Origin: Veleropilina oligotropha
Taxonomy: Eukaryota
Assembly (NCBI GenBank): GCA_048128005.1
Contig: JBEUKZ010000025.1
Span: forward strand, 248,001-289,490
Direction of reading: 5' to 3'
Length of the DNA stretch: 41,490 bases
The translations under genes and the position numbers were made by a program. Below the pieces are notes generated by a model. The model had not been told where the DNA came from. It was given only the letters and a program-made list of their open reading frames with translations, and did not search any database. Below, in pieces: positions 23,349 through 34,888 of the stretch. How positions within the stretch are numbered: position 1 is the first letter of the stretch; each line of letters starts with the position of its first letter.

Positions 23349-23705
23349 CTGAAATGGTGATCGGTAATTGCAAATTTTCATGTTATGTTCGTACAAAACA
23401 TACCCATTCTTTGGGATATCCTTATATGCGGAAAAGTGACGTTTTTTAACAATGGAATACACTTTGACAAGCAGACGGCAGGGTTTGTTCGACAGTTAAT
23501 AACCGACTTTGGTTCCGGGCTAATTTGATATGACACCTGTTGGCCTATGTCAGGGCATAACTTTCAGGCGCCAAAAGCCACGTGGGCGTTATGTCATCTC
23601 GTTATTATGTGTTTTTAGAGAAACTAGTATGAAGACATCTTCATCTTTTTGCTAAGAAAACACGAATAAATTGGCAACAATAATACCGCGTGCATACCTT
23701 ATAAT

Positions 23706-24424
23706 AGGGAGCTTTCGATGTCCCGCGTACCCACATAACGCGGCCGTTAGCTGGGGGAATTCCATGCGATGACGTCATAGAAATAACCACAAACTGGGTC
23801 AGCTAACTTTGTTACGTACGTCGAGAACGTAGAAACAGGCTTGTTTACGTTTTGTCAGAAACATAAGACACTTGTGTATGTAATTGTCATATGTAATCAC
23901 TTGGGGTTGTTTACTGTATATTTACATTCCAATAGAGAGTTATGGCAAATTAATTTCTTTAGATATTTTAGCCGAAAAACCAGTTTGAAGTGAACCTCTC
24001 ATTTGTTATGGCTACACGTGCACGACTATCAGTGCTGGGGATATCTACCAGTACGGTAGTAGAGTGGATAATCAGATAGTTTTTTATTTGAATAAGTGTT
24101 TTTACGACGGATTTCTCAGTATTTCAGCGGTATCGTTGTTTAACGTCTCTATCCGATCAGACGGGGAAATACTGTTTTAAGTACTGATATGTTTATATAT
24201 ATTAATATAATTTGCGATTGTGAGATTATGTTGACCGATTCAATACAGTTATGTGCAGATATATTACCTCGTGTATAGAAATTTACCAAACACTCGGCCA
24301 ACGTCCCGCCGAAATGGACAGCTCAGCGAAAGCTACACAACGCTGTTAAAACCACGCGGATGTTTTGGGGAAACACCTGCTCGCAGCCGCGTCATTCTAG
24401 TACGCGTGACATCGAAAGTTCCCT
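23706..24424. mobile_element. MITE, PIF/Harbinger-group-like, 3-bp AAT TSD
   Basis: TIR AGGGAGCTTTCGATGTCCCGCGTAC versus GTACGCGTGACATCGAAAGTTCCCT; AAT at 23703-23705 and 24425-24427. Confidence 0.85.
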
Positions 24425-24489
24425 AATATGCTAGCTTTGCACGAGAAACTGATTGCAAAGTATGTCTAACATGGATTGTTCTTCATACG

Positions 24490-24835
24490 ACCAAAGCAGC
24501 TATTTGCTGGAAATAAAGTAAACATTATCATTTTCTAAAAAATGTTAATTTTTTTTCTTAATTCAGAGCTCTGTGTACATCGTGAATATAGTCTTAAAAG
24601 ATATTTTTTAAATTTTGCTCATGACATCGGTGTCTACTTCATTTCCAAATTCGATTTCGTTCCTCATTAGACCAAAGCACCTATTTGCTGGCAATAAATA
24701 AAATATTGCCATTTTCTAAACAATATCGATAATTTGCTCTTATTTCAACTGTACGTGTATATCAGGAATATCGTTTTAATAATCATTTTTCAATTTTTCT
24801 CATGACATCGGTGTTGACATTTCCAAATAAGATTT
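24490..24835. repeat. Diverged tandem duplication (~180 bp x2)
   Basis: GACCAAAGCA.CTATTTGCTGG at 24490 and 24670; CTCATGACATCGGTGT in both units. Confidence 0.8.
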
Positions 24836-25678
24836 TTTAAATGAACATAGGCATATATCACACATGTGCATTATTTTTTGTTGCATGAAGAATTATGTCC
24901 AAAGTTTCGATAAATAATGTTTACATACATTTATCATAAAGCTAGGATGGGACCGGAAAGACAGACATTGAAACTTGTAATTTGCGAAAAAGTAAGTACT
25001 ATTGGGGTGTTGTATTCAAGACGATTTTTTTATAAAAGTAATCAAAAGTATTAGTAATTATTACGCTCTTCCATTTTGTATCAAATGTCACCATAAGAAA
25101 TCACAAGGAAACGTTCACTAATTTAAACAGTTTTCCATTATCATATTCTTAAGAAATGTAGATCAGTGTCGAATATAATCATGTTATTTTTTATATTAAT
25201 TATTTGTTATTTATCTGTTGTTGTAGAATGTAAACGAAAATAGAAATAGAACATTAAATTTTGTCATTACTTGATATAGCTTAATTTTGGTATCTTTCAT
25301 ATCCCCCCCCCCCCCCCTCTAATCCACATTTCTTGGCCTATCTTTCTTAAATACTTGGAAACAAAATGATCAAGATAAGATTTAATGACAAGTTGAAAAC
25401 GCACAAATGTGTCTGATGTTTAAGGTTTTTATTGGAATCCATAAACAGATACAAGAACTGTTTTCAATGAAACCATATAGCATACAACATTACAGACAAG
25501 ACATATAAAATAAGAAGTATACAATGCTAAAACAAGATAGACATGCAAGAAAATAAATATACAAGAAGACAATGAAAATTAGACAGTGATGTACAATTCG
25601 TGAATATAATGGGTACAAAAATATAAAAGTATGCACTTAGATAGGTATTAATATAAAATTTTATATAATTGCAAGACA

Positions 25679-26205
25679 TAACGAGAGGCTTTTCGACCTA
25701 TCTAGCTCCGCTGGAAAGGGTTCATCAACATAGGCAAACAACCAGAAATTTACGCAGCACTTCTCCATGTAATAGCATACCGATATGCAGGCTAGCTGTC
25801 TTTACAAAGTCCAAATTCCGAATTTCAGCAAAACTCGGACGTACATTTTTCTAAAATTCACAGAATAAGTTAAAAACATCATAAGGAAGGCTCATGCCAA
25901 TTAACAAAACAGTTATCAGACAGTTTCGGAGTTATTCACATTTGAAGTCAAAACTTAACGCTGAAGTGGATTTTCTAAATCCCAAAAGTAAATTTCAGAA
26001 AAACCACTACGTAGAATTTTCTAAACATTTCAGGATATGTTAAGAACATTATAATGAAGGCTCATGCCAAAGCAGAAAAAAGTTATCAGATAGTTTTGAA
26101 GATATTCACATTTCAAGTCAAAAGTTGACGCCGGACGGACGAACGTACGCCGGACAAAGCGGTATCAGTAAAACTCCGCTGACTACGTCACAGCGGAGCT
26201 AAAAA
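25679..26205 (+). mobile_element. Helentron-associated non-autonomous element (HINE/DINE-like)
   Basis: Subterminal inverted repeat AGCTCCGCTG (25704) / CAGCGGAGCT (26191), a 3' hairpin CTCCGCTG-9nt-CAGCGGAG then AAAAA, two internal ~170-bp repeats and a GGAC microsatellite. Confidence 0.75.
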
Positions 26206-26575
26206 CTGTGTAGGTAGTTGGTACAGGAATTATAAGTATTAAAACATGAGGGGTTATACAATTTGAGCTTTGTTCAGAAATATGTGCTTAGCGAATTTCT
26301 TCCTTAAATATTGCTTGTTTGATATTTCTTGTTTGTCTTGTGGAAGATCATTCCTTGCTATTGCATCAACCGGATATAAGTTTCTACTTCTCTGACGTCA
26401 TCGAAGTTGTGGGAGACATGTGCGGATGAATGTTTACCCGGTGATGATTTAAAGCAACACCAACCAGGTAAGCATTCACTGCTCATAACCCGGATATAGT
26501 AATACAATCATTCTTCAAAACTCTGGTTCCCTTGGCAGTTGCACCATCGTCAAGTAAAGTCTTTCATACGAAATA

Positions 26576-27209
26576 CAGGCCGGTAGCTAGCATTGAGGCA
26601 ACCGAGGCTACTGCCTCGGTCCTATTTTCCTAAGAAATGTTTATTTTCCTGCTGCATATTACTTACCTAATAAATAAATAAAAACTAGTATTAATTGATC
26701 ATATAAAGTAAGAAAAATCCGGGGAGAAATCCAACTGTTGACCGTGTAATTTTTCCCCATTAACAACCGTAGGTGATATGTTTTCAATAAAGTTTGTTAT
26801 GACGATCCACGTTAGCTTCCGTATATTTTATACGCCCACTTTTTGCGATAACATCGAACGTGTCAAGTATGTTCTGTTCAAGTATCCGCAGGCATAGGCG
26901 TAGGAAGTGTAGGGGGATGGCAGAAGTGTGATTTCCCCCCCCCCCACACACTATTGAAGTAGGCATACCTGTCTCCCAAAACTCTCCAAATATGAGGCAA
27001 ATAAATGGTCAATATATAGCCCAGAATGCAGGAAAACGCATCTAAGACCTTCTACAGTTAAACAATTTCCGGGGGCATGCCCCCGAACCCCCCTAGGAAG
27101 TTCGGGCCCTTCGTGCCCTCAATGCTCACGACCTTTGGCCGTTCGCTATTCCCCACCCCCATTTTTAACATTTCGCCTCGTCTTGAATTAGACTCTGGCT
27201 ACGGCCCTG
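26576..27209. mobile_element. MITE (CAGGGCCGTAGCCAG-type TIR) with 5-bp TSD AAATA
   Basis: CAGGCCGGTAGCTAG ... CTGGCTACGGCCCTG; AAATA at 26571-26575 and 27210-27214. Confidence 0.8.
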
Positions 27210-28183
27210 AAATATACTCCTTCTTGTGTCATTCTTTCGTCCATTGTTTCCTCTTCATAGAACAGATGATGGCATTGGCATAATAACTTTCATTAGAAAT
27301 ATGATTTGATTTTGGATGTCCATACTTTCTTTCGTCAATGGAAGCAAACAAAATCTGCGCTTCAATATTTCTTCATTTATTTCAAAACACCGAGAGCAAT
27401 ATGATTTTTTAAGGGTCTCCATTCAAGAGCAATGTAATTGTTCAGAACATCTTTAATTTAATGGTAGCAATACAGTTGCCTTGCTTTGTCGGTGTCTGTC
27501 GGTGCCAACGTACAAACGAGGTACAAACCTACATCACACAAAAACTTTTATATATTAAATTCCTACGCGCATATATTGTGAAATTGTAGCGAATCCAGAA
27601 CAGTGCTACTATAATAATCAGTGAAAAGGCTGATTTCATCACACCGGGTGCTCCTCCGCATGTACATGTGCGTACATGGTCTGACGTCATCATATATCTG
27701 TTTTATTCTAATCCTTGATCAACCTGAGCTTGTACTGAAGTCATCGATACTTACTCTACTGGTCATAGGGCCTCCGTTAGTAAATTATATAACTTTTTCC
27801 TTAGCAGGACCCAAGCTATAGAATTCCCAACCCCAGCACTTGTAATTGCATTCTCTCTGGAGACTTTTAACAAACATGAGAAAGCCCACTTATTTCATAA
27901 TGAATTTAACAAGTAATTTTAATATGTCAATATATTGATGTAGGGTTGATAAATGTAAAGCATTTTCAACATTTCCATTGTTTTATATACAATTGACTAT
28001 TATCATTGTAATGATTAATAATTATGATTATTATAAAAACAGAGAATTGCTGGTGCACCTCCGATTTTGGATAGGTTATATCTGTTATTATTATGTTTCT
28101 GATGGAAGTCAAGAAAATTAAATAATGTCGCGTATGACCATTATGGAGTGGCCAGTGGTTAAACGAACTTGGATTTGAGTAAA

Positions 28184-28278
28184 GTATATATAGGGTGATA
28201 CGGAATGTATATATATAGGGTGATACGGAATGTATATATAGGGTGATACGGAATGTATATATAGGGTGATACGGAATG
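28184..28278. repeat. 23-bp minisatellite (GTATATATAGGGTGATACGGAAT) x4
   Basis: Four tandem units; one has an extra TA. Confidence 0.95.
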
Positions 28279-28418
28279 CACGAATTAAATCAAGATACAA
28301 CAATAGGACATAAAATTGAATTGACTAAAAACAAAATAGTTTTTATCATGAAGATCACAGCTATTGAAATATTACATTTTCACAAAAAATCCCATGCAAA
28401 ATTCTATGACACCATATG

Positions 28419-28686
28419 TAACATTTTTCAATACCAGTAATAAAGCCTATAAAGATTTGATCCGAAACTGGGACCAAACATGATCATGGGAGACAACTCT
28501 AACGTTACTGTTATAAGAGAAGCGAATCATATCGGTTACCTAGCTTGACATTAACATTTTTCAATACCAGTAATAAAGCCTATAAAGATTTGATCCGAAA
28601 CTGGGACCAAACATGATCATGGGAGACAACTCTAACGTTACTGTTATAAGAGAAGCGAATCATATCGGTTACCTAGCTTGACATTA
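28419..28686. repeat. Perfect 133-bp tandem duplication
   Basis: 28419-28551 is identical to 28552-28684 by base comparison. Confidence 0.95.
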
Positions 28687-28933
28687 CAGACTGGTTGCGT
28701 GACCAGTATTCTCCCTTCGATTTTCTAATACTGTACAGGTATCCTCCCTATTATACTGTTTATGGTGTTTTGTATGCTATGCATCAATTGCATTTAGTAC
28801 TGTAGGTTGTGTGAGAGGTATTTATATTGATGTGTTAATTTTCATATTGACCAACATTATACAACGATGGGCACGTGTTGTCCATTCTGATAGTCAACTA
28901 GCTTACATTGTCGCAATTAGTTTAATTATTATG

Positions 28934-29248
<315 letters not shown>

Positions 29249-29535
29249 ATCTCTTCTGGGATAATTTGAGGTATGTCGGATTCACCTCAATGCATGGTCA
29301 CCCAAGACGGGGTCAAATTATATTCAGAATAATAGCTAGGAAATTATTCCTCAGAAAGTATTGTTCCGATACGCACGGGGAGTTGGCACCTTATAATCAA
29401 TAGATCCCCAACTACAAATTTACGTCTTTATCGTCCGAACTCGACACAAAGCCTTGTCCCTACGTTCACCTCGGATCGCGTATTTATATCGCCCAAAGCG
29501 GTCGGCTGTGAAGCGATTTACTCCGCGCTTTTAGC

Positions 29536-29567
29536 TGACCTCGATCACATCTGACCTATTGACCTTT
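29536..29567 (-). promoter_or_regulatory. Candidate nuclear-receptor response element (perfect DR2 plus a third half-site)
   Basis: The minus strand reads AAAGGTCA-AT-AGGTCA-N10-AGGTCA. Confidence 0.4.
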
Positions 29568-30173
29568 GGCTGATCCAATCTCATCTGCGGGGTGAACAAG
29601 AGGTTATGGCTGTGCTGATGCGCATATTCCCTGTCTGTGCACGGCGGCTGTCTTCAGTTGAACGGCGAAGTGTATTGATACTGGCGACAGAATTTCATTG
29701 AAAGATATATCAGGCTTTGTATCCTCGAGTCTAAGGCAAACATGGCTATTGAAAAGACATGGTGTTAAATGAAATGTTAAACGTTATGAAACTACACTTC
29801 GATCCATTTGTGGATTGCATGCTTATCTATGCAGCCTACTCATAACTGATAATTATATAATTACGTAAACGTTACCTTTCAGAGTCGATATGTTGGCAAA
29901 TCAGAGCTTCGCCATCATATCGGTGGCTTTTTCAGTGCAATTATATAGTTTTTAAACTATGAATGTAAAGTAGGCCTATATAAATTAAATAGATATTTAT
30001 TTACAAATTTTATAACTTAGTACATTATTGTAGTAACGTTTTCCATGTTTTCATCTAAGAATGGTGAATACAAGATCAGGTGTTGTGGCTTGATATCATC
30101 ATGCTTACAAATATATGGTTTGGGTCGATAATTATTAAGCATAGGCCCTTTGTCACGTTTTAAACATGGTTTA

Positions 30174-30583
30174 CAGGGGCGGATCCAGGGGGGGGGTGGC
30201 GCACCCGGCGCCTCCCCCCCCCTAAAGCTGGTCAAGCATACTAAAATAATATGTATAATCTGATACAAATGACTTTCAGAACATTATAACTAGGCCTACC
30301 CCAATATACTAAAGTTGAATTGTATTACTATTAGCATTTGCAATGTAATAATGCAGGAGGGGGGGATTTCACATCCGTTAATTGTCAAAATTCGATTCGA
30401 TTAAAACAAAATAAAATAAAAATTTAACTCGTGCTATTTGAGTGACGGTAGTTCATAAAAATTTAGAATGAAATATCGGTTTTGCCCTGTCATAGTGCAG
30501 GAGAGGGGGTTTCAGGCTGTTGATTGTCAAAATTTTCTTTCGCGTGGGGCCCCGCCCCCACAAAATTCCTGGATCCGCGTCTG
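30174..30583. mobile_element. MITE (CAGGGGCGGATCCAGG TIR) with 5-bp TSD GTTTA
   Basis: TIRs at both ends; GTTTA at 30169-30173 and 30584-30588. Confidence 0.9.
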
Positions 30584-30589
30584 GTTTAT

Positions 30590-30680
30590 ACCAGGATATG
30601 CCCATATTATCCCAATGGATAATGTCACCAGAGAAAACCCGCCCTTAATGGACAATTGTGACTGTTGACTGAACAAAGCA
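30590..30680 (-). mobile_element. SINE family B fragment
   Basis: CAGGATATGCCCATATTATC..AAAACCCGCCCT..GGACAATTGTGA..TGAACAAA. Confidence 0.55.
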
Positions 30681-32119
30681 CCCACCGAACCAAACCATCA
30701 GCCTGTTCACATTTCTACCTAACTACTTTATGTCGCGCACGCTTATTTTAGCTGCATCATTGTCTTACGATTATAATACGGCAATGAGTAGGCCTATAAT
30801 AGCCTATTATAGTTAACATGTTCCCCGATTTCTATCACCAATACCACCTCTTCGTGTTAAAGTTGCAACAAATATTTTATTTCAATATTTGCACTGTAAA
30901 ATGCTAGCGAACTCGTAATAAGCGGCAGTTCCAGATAGTAATTGTAGTAATTCGACCTTCGCATGGTACACATGAATTAAGACTTGCTACCCGGTACAAT
31001 AATCCTTTTGTGCACGCACTAGTTTTCTGTCATGTCCTTGTAACACAATCCTCGCTGGGGTGAGATCTCGCCGTCACGTGAATCCACCGGCGATACGGGC
31101 CACGTGGCATTCACAGTAAACTCATTATGCAAAGATACACAACGAACACGAACATTAAATATGTCTTCTGTCGAGATATAATAACTCGATGTTGCAATGA
31201 GTTGCGTTTGACAAAATGTAAAATAAATATTTTGTGTACTTTGTAGATATTTAGATATTTTATTGATAACAAACAATTAACACAATGCAAGTATTAGTAG
31301 CACGCTTGAACATTTATTTTCGTGCAATATGAATTATAAAGTGGTGGAATGTCCGACAACTTTACGCCGTCATGTATCGTTGCTTGTAATTATGACCAAT
31401 ATGCGAAAAATTCGATTATCAGAAGAAAGAAGAGTGTCCGAAAACGACGCATTTTAATATATACCGGTATACTGACTTTGAAAGCGCCTTTACAGACAAA
31501 TGTCTCATATATAAATCACCGTTTGGGACATTCATTGGCCGGTAAAGAAGGGGGTCTATACCATAGGTAAATGTATGTTAGTTTTAATGGTTGGCTTTAA
31601 CCGCGAAGCAAATACATGTTACGAAAATTTGAAACGTGATCACCAGAGCCGGTTTTCGCAGGAAGACGAGATTCGTTTCTCTGTTGTTCATTCACAACGC
31701 TTGCGAAATTCGATTAGGTAAGATCTACCTGTTTGCAGCCTTCAATAAAGTCACACAAATAAACTGACATCGGGTCAATACTATATAAACAGGTTTAAAA
31801 TCTGGGCTATCTTTATGAAATAATAAAGGCTCGCTCGCGCCCACGCATGATCTGCAAAATCCAATCATAGTGATCAAGAAGCACTGTCACGTGGTGAACT
31901 TAATATGCTTTCATTGGAAAGAGATTGCACTTTAAATTCATACGCACAGCGGGAAGTGTATAATACGGTTTATGGTCGTGCTACTTTGAATTTATGCAAA
32001 CGGCAAACCATGTTTGATATATAGCGTATTTTGTCAAGATAAATAGCTAGGGTCATAATTGGAATTTTACCTTAACATGCATGCAAATGCCTATGCTCTA
32101 GTTTCATAAAATAATATAT

Positions 32120-32395
32120 GAAAAAAAGCAAAGGGTCGATGCTTCATGTCTTGTATATTTCCACCCATCATTTGGTTCAAAGCAGGACATGTTCATATTA
32201 TCGCGTGAGGAAAGCCCGGTCGCCCTGGAAAACTAACCCTCTCCAACCAGTTACTGACAACTGTCACTCATAACTTAAACAAATAATGTCATGTCTCAAC
32301 CGTGGTTCGAACCACTACTGTTCGTGTCAGCGGAATCAAGCCATTGATTTTTTGGAGTCCACAACCGAAACTACACGACTATCAGGTCGGCCAAT
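32120..32395 (-). mobile_element. SINE family B
   Basis: Full-length homologue of the 17385 and 4957 copies. Confidence 0.88.
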
Positions 32396-34344
32396 ATCTT
32401 ATGAACACCACCTCGTCAGAATATGGTCAACTATTAACATTCGTGTGCATGCATATATGTAGTAGGACCAATGCTTATATGATAAAAGTCCAAAGTGATT
32501 GCAACTAGCAAAGAACCGCACTAGACTGCTTATTAAATATATAATATTTCAAATTCCCCGTGAGGTGGATGCTTCTAATCCAGTCCAATACATACAGGAA
32601 ATCGTGCGGAATAACAGTCGCATAGTTTATGTCCCATGCATATCGCGTTACTAAATATATGAAACTGATATAAATAATTCGATATTGACAATAGCATTTC
32701 ATTACCGGAGTTTGTCGAACGCTGTGTTAAACCTGTTCTACCGGTGTTGTCCAACGAAGCATTTAGGGTTAACAATATGTCACGAGCATAAAACAACCAC
32801 CCATGTAGGCTACGCCGTATTTTATGGTGTAAGGTCCCACTATGATTATGTCATATGTATTGAAGTCGCTTAAAGGATTGAATTTATAATAGCAAAACGT
32901 TCGCTGTTGTCAGAATACTGCAGTCTATCAATTAGGTTTTTTATCGAGTCCTTTTGAGCCGTTTCATTGGGTATAAATAATGCAAAGGGAGCGCTCTCAT
33001 TGGATAATTTTTTAAATGAATGTAATGCTACCCTTGCTAATTATTAATAATGAAAGTAGATATAGGGCGTATGAAAAATTAAACAGGCTCTTTCCCATTC
33101 TAATTATGCGTCTTTGTGAGCATTTAAATAAAAAGTTAAATCTTTATTCTATTTCATTCTGATTTAACGAAGCTTATAGAGAGGACACATGCACGTTCAC
33201 GGTTGAAATTTGATGTTGCTAAATAATGATAGATTGGTCAAAACTACATGTCCAGTCATGCATATACTCATGTTCTATTGTCTTATGTACGACACTTTCA
33301 TTTACAAGCGTGAGAGTGGTTTTCTGTTACAGCATTAACTGCAAAGTCATTATCAAAAAGCGATAAATAATTGCGGGTGCCTTTCTTGCAAATTGTCTAC
33401 CTTTCTTGTAAATTGCCTGACGCTCGGAAAGCTGTACGACATTAGTGCAAACGCTGAAAGGTGCCAAAGATCTGTGTAGTAACATGAGGTAATCAGATGA
33501 TTGGTTTCCATTTATCCCCTGTTCTGTAAGGCGTGTCACAACATGACATCACGCAATACAAATGCATTGATACAAGCTCATTCGGGACCGACATGTGTCG
33601 AATGTGACGTCATAATTATAGCCAAATTGCTATGGACCGGTTCCTCGGGGCAACACAGGAAGACAATGCGCGAAGAGAAGTAATCCCCATAAGCTCGTGA
33701 AATGGCTTTCATGTTGATTCTTTTTCGAACAATGGCGGTACACCCATAAAGAAGTTTAATGACTTGATTGCCTGGCCACAAACTTGTGAGAAAATAGTTG
33801 CACAGCACCAAAGAATGCAATTCAATTTACTGGGCCTGACCGCTCCACTGGGCACCAATGGCGACATTGTACGTGGACGAAGTGTTTTGGCAAATAATAC
33901 ACAGGTAATGTTCTTTCAATGCATTGCCATTGTGCTGCACATCTTTTGAATCAGAAAAAGCTAGTTCAGCGCTTTGAAATCGCCCGGTTCGAGTTACAGC
34001 ACGTCTGATAAATCTCCATTTATACGCAAAACACTCGATACAAGTTTTTTCAGCCCCTAAATGGACTTCAAAATAGGAACGGTATGAAATTTCCTGGAAA
34101 ATCTTATGAGCTACGACTATAATGGCGTCTACTGCGTTGTTGATTGCAGGAGCACATGGGAAACAATTTAGCTTATTAATTGCATATTTATTTAATCCGC
34201 ATTACGCCAATTAATGATGCGAGATATCGGTAGATTTGTTATTTTAATTTGACAAAATTAAACTGCAGTATTCGCATTAATCTCATGGTTCCTAGACCAG
34301 ATTTCGAAATACTATCGACTAACAATTCAGGCAATTATCGATTG

Positions 34345-34530
34345 GTCACTTGGTGTAGCGATTGAGAGCGTGGCTCTAATTTCACGCACCCGACTGCTCC
34401 GTATCGCACACAGGTGTTCGAATCATTGTTTGGGGCATTCGCGCAGTTATCACCGATGTCTACAACTTTCCGTTTTCCCGGGAGATCAGACTTTCCCCTC
34501 GGGGTAATACGGACATATTCAGGAATGACC
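34345..34530 (+). mobile_element. Old SINE related to family B
   Basis: A box TGGTGTAGCGA, B box GTTCGAATC and core TTTTCCCGGGAGATCAGACTTTCCCCTCGGGGTAATACGGACATA. Confidence 0.55.
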
Positions 34531-34649
34531 AGAAATGTGAAAATAAGACATTAACCTTCGACCCAATCCCAATTGTGCGAACTATGTTAAAAACTGGCCT
34601 TGTCTGCGAATCCTAATTCTTATATTGCTGTTGTAGTTATTAGACGCTT

Positions 34650-34888
34650 ATTATTCTGTATATTTCCAACCATCATTTGGTTCAAACCAGGATATTATCG
34701 CGGGAGGAAAGCCCGGTCGCCAGGGTAAATACGCCCTCTTGGACCAGTTACGGACAACTGTGCTTCTTAACTTGAACAAATGTGCGATGCCTCAGCCGGG
34801 GTTCGAACTCACTACTGTTCGCGTAAGCGGATCAAGTCGGTGATTTTCGGAATCCACAACCGCACCACTGTACTGTCGAAGCGGCCCT
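34650..34888 (-). mobile_element. SINE family B
   Basis: ATTATCGCGGGAGGAAAGCCCGGTCGCCAGGGTAAA..TGCCTCAGCCGGGGTTCGAAC..GAAGCGGCCC. Confidence 0.9.

Noticed and set aside
26340..27480. Possible transposase remnant flanking the 26576 MITE
   Set aside because: Only a lone SIDE-like motif was seen, too little for a call.
28726..28741. miR-8/200-like sequence TAATACTGTACAGGTA
   Set aside because: Only a partial match and no complementary arm for a precursor hairpin.
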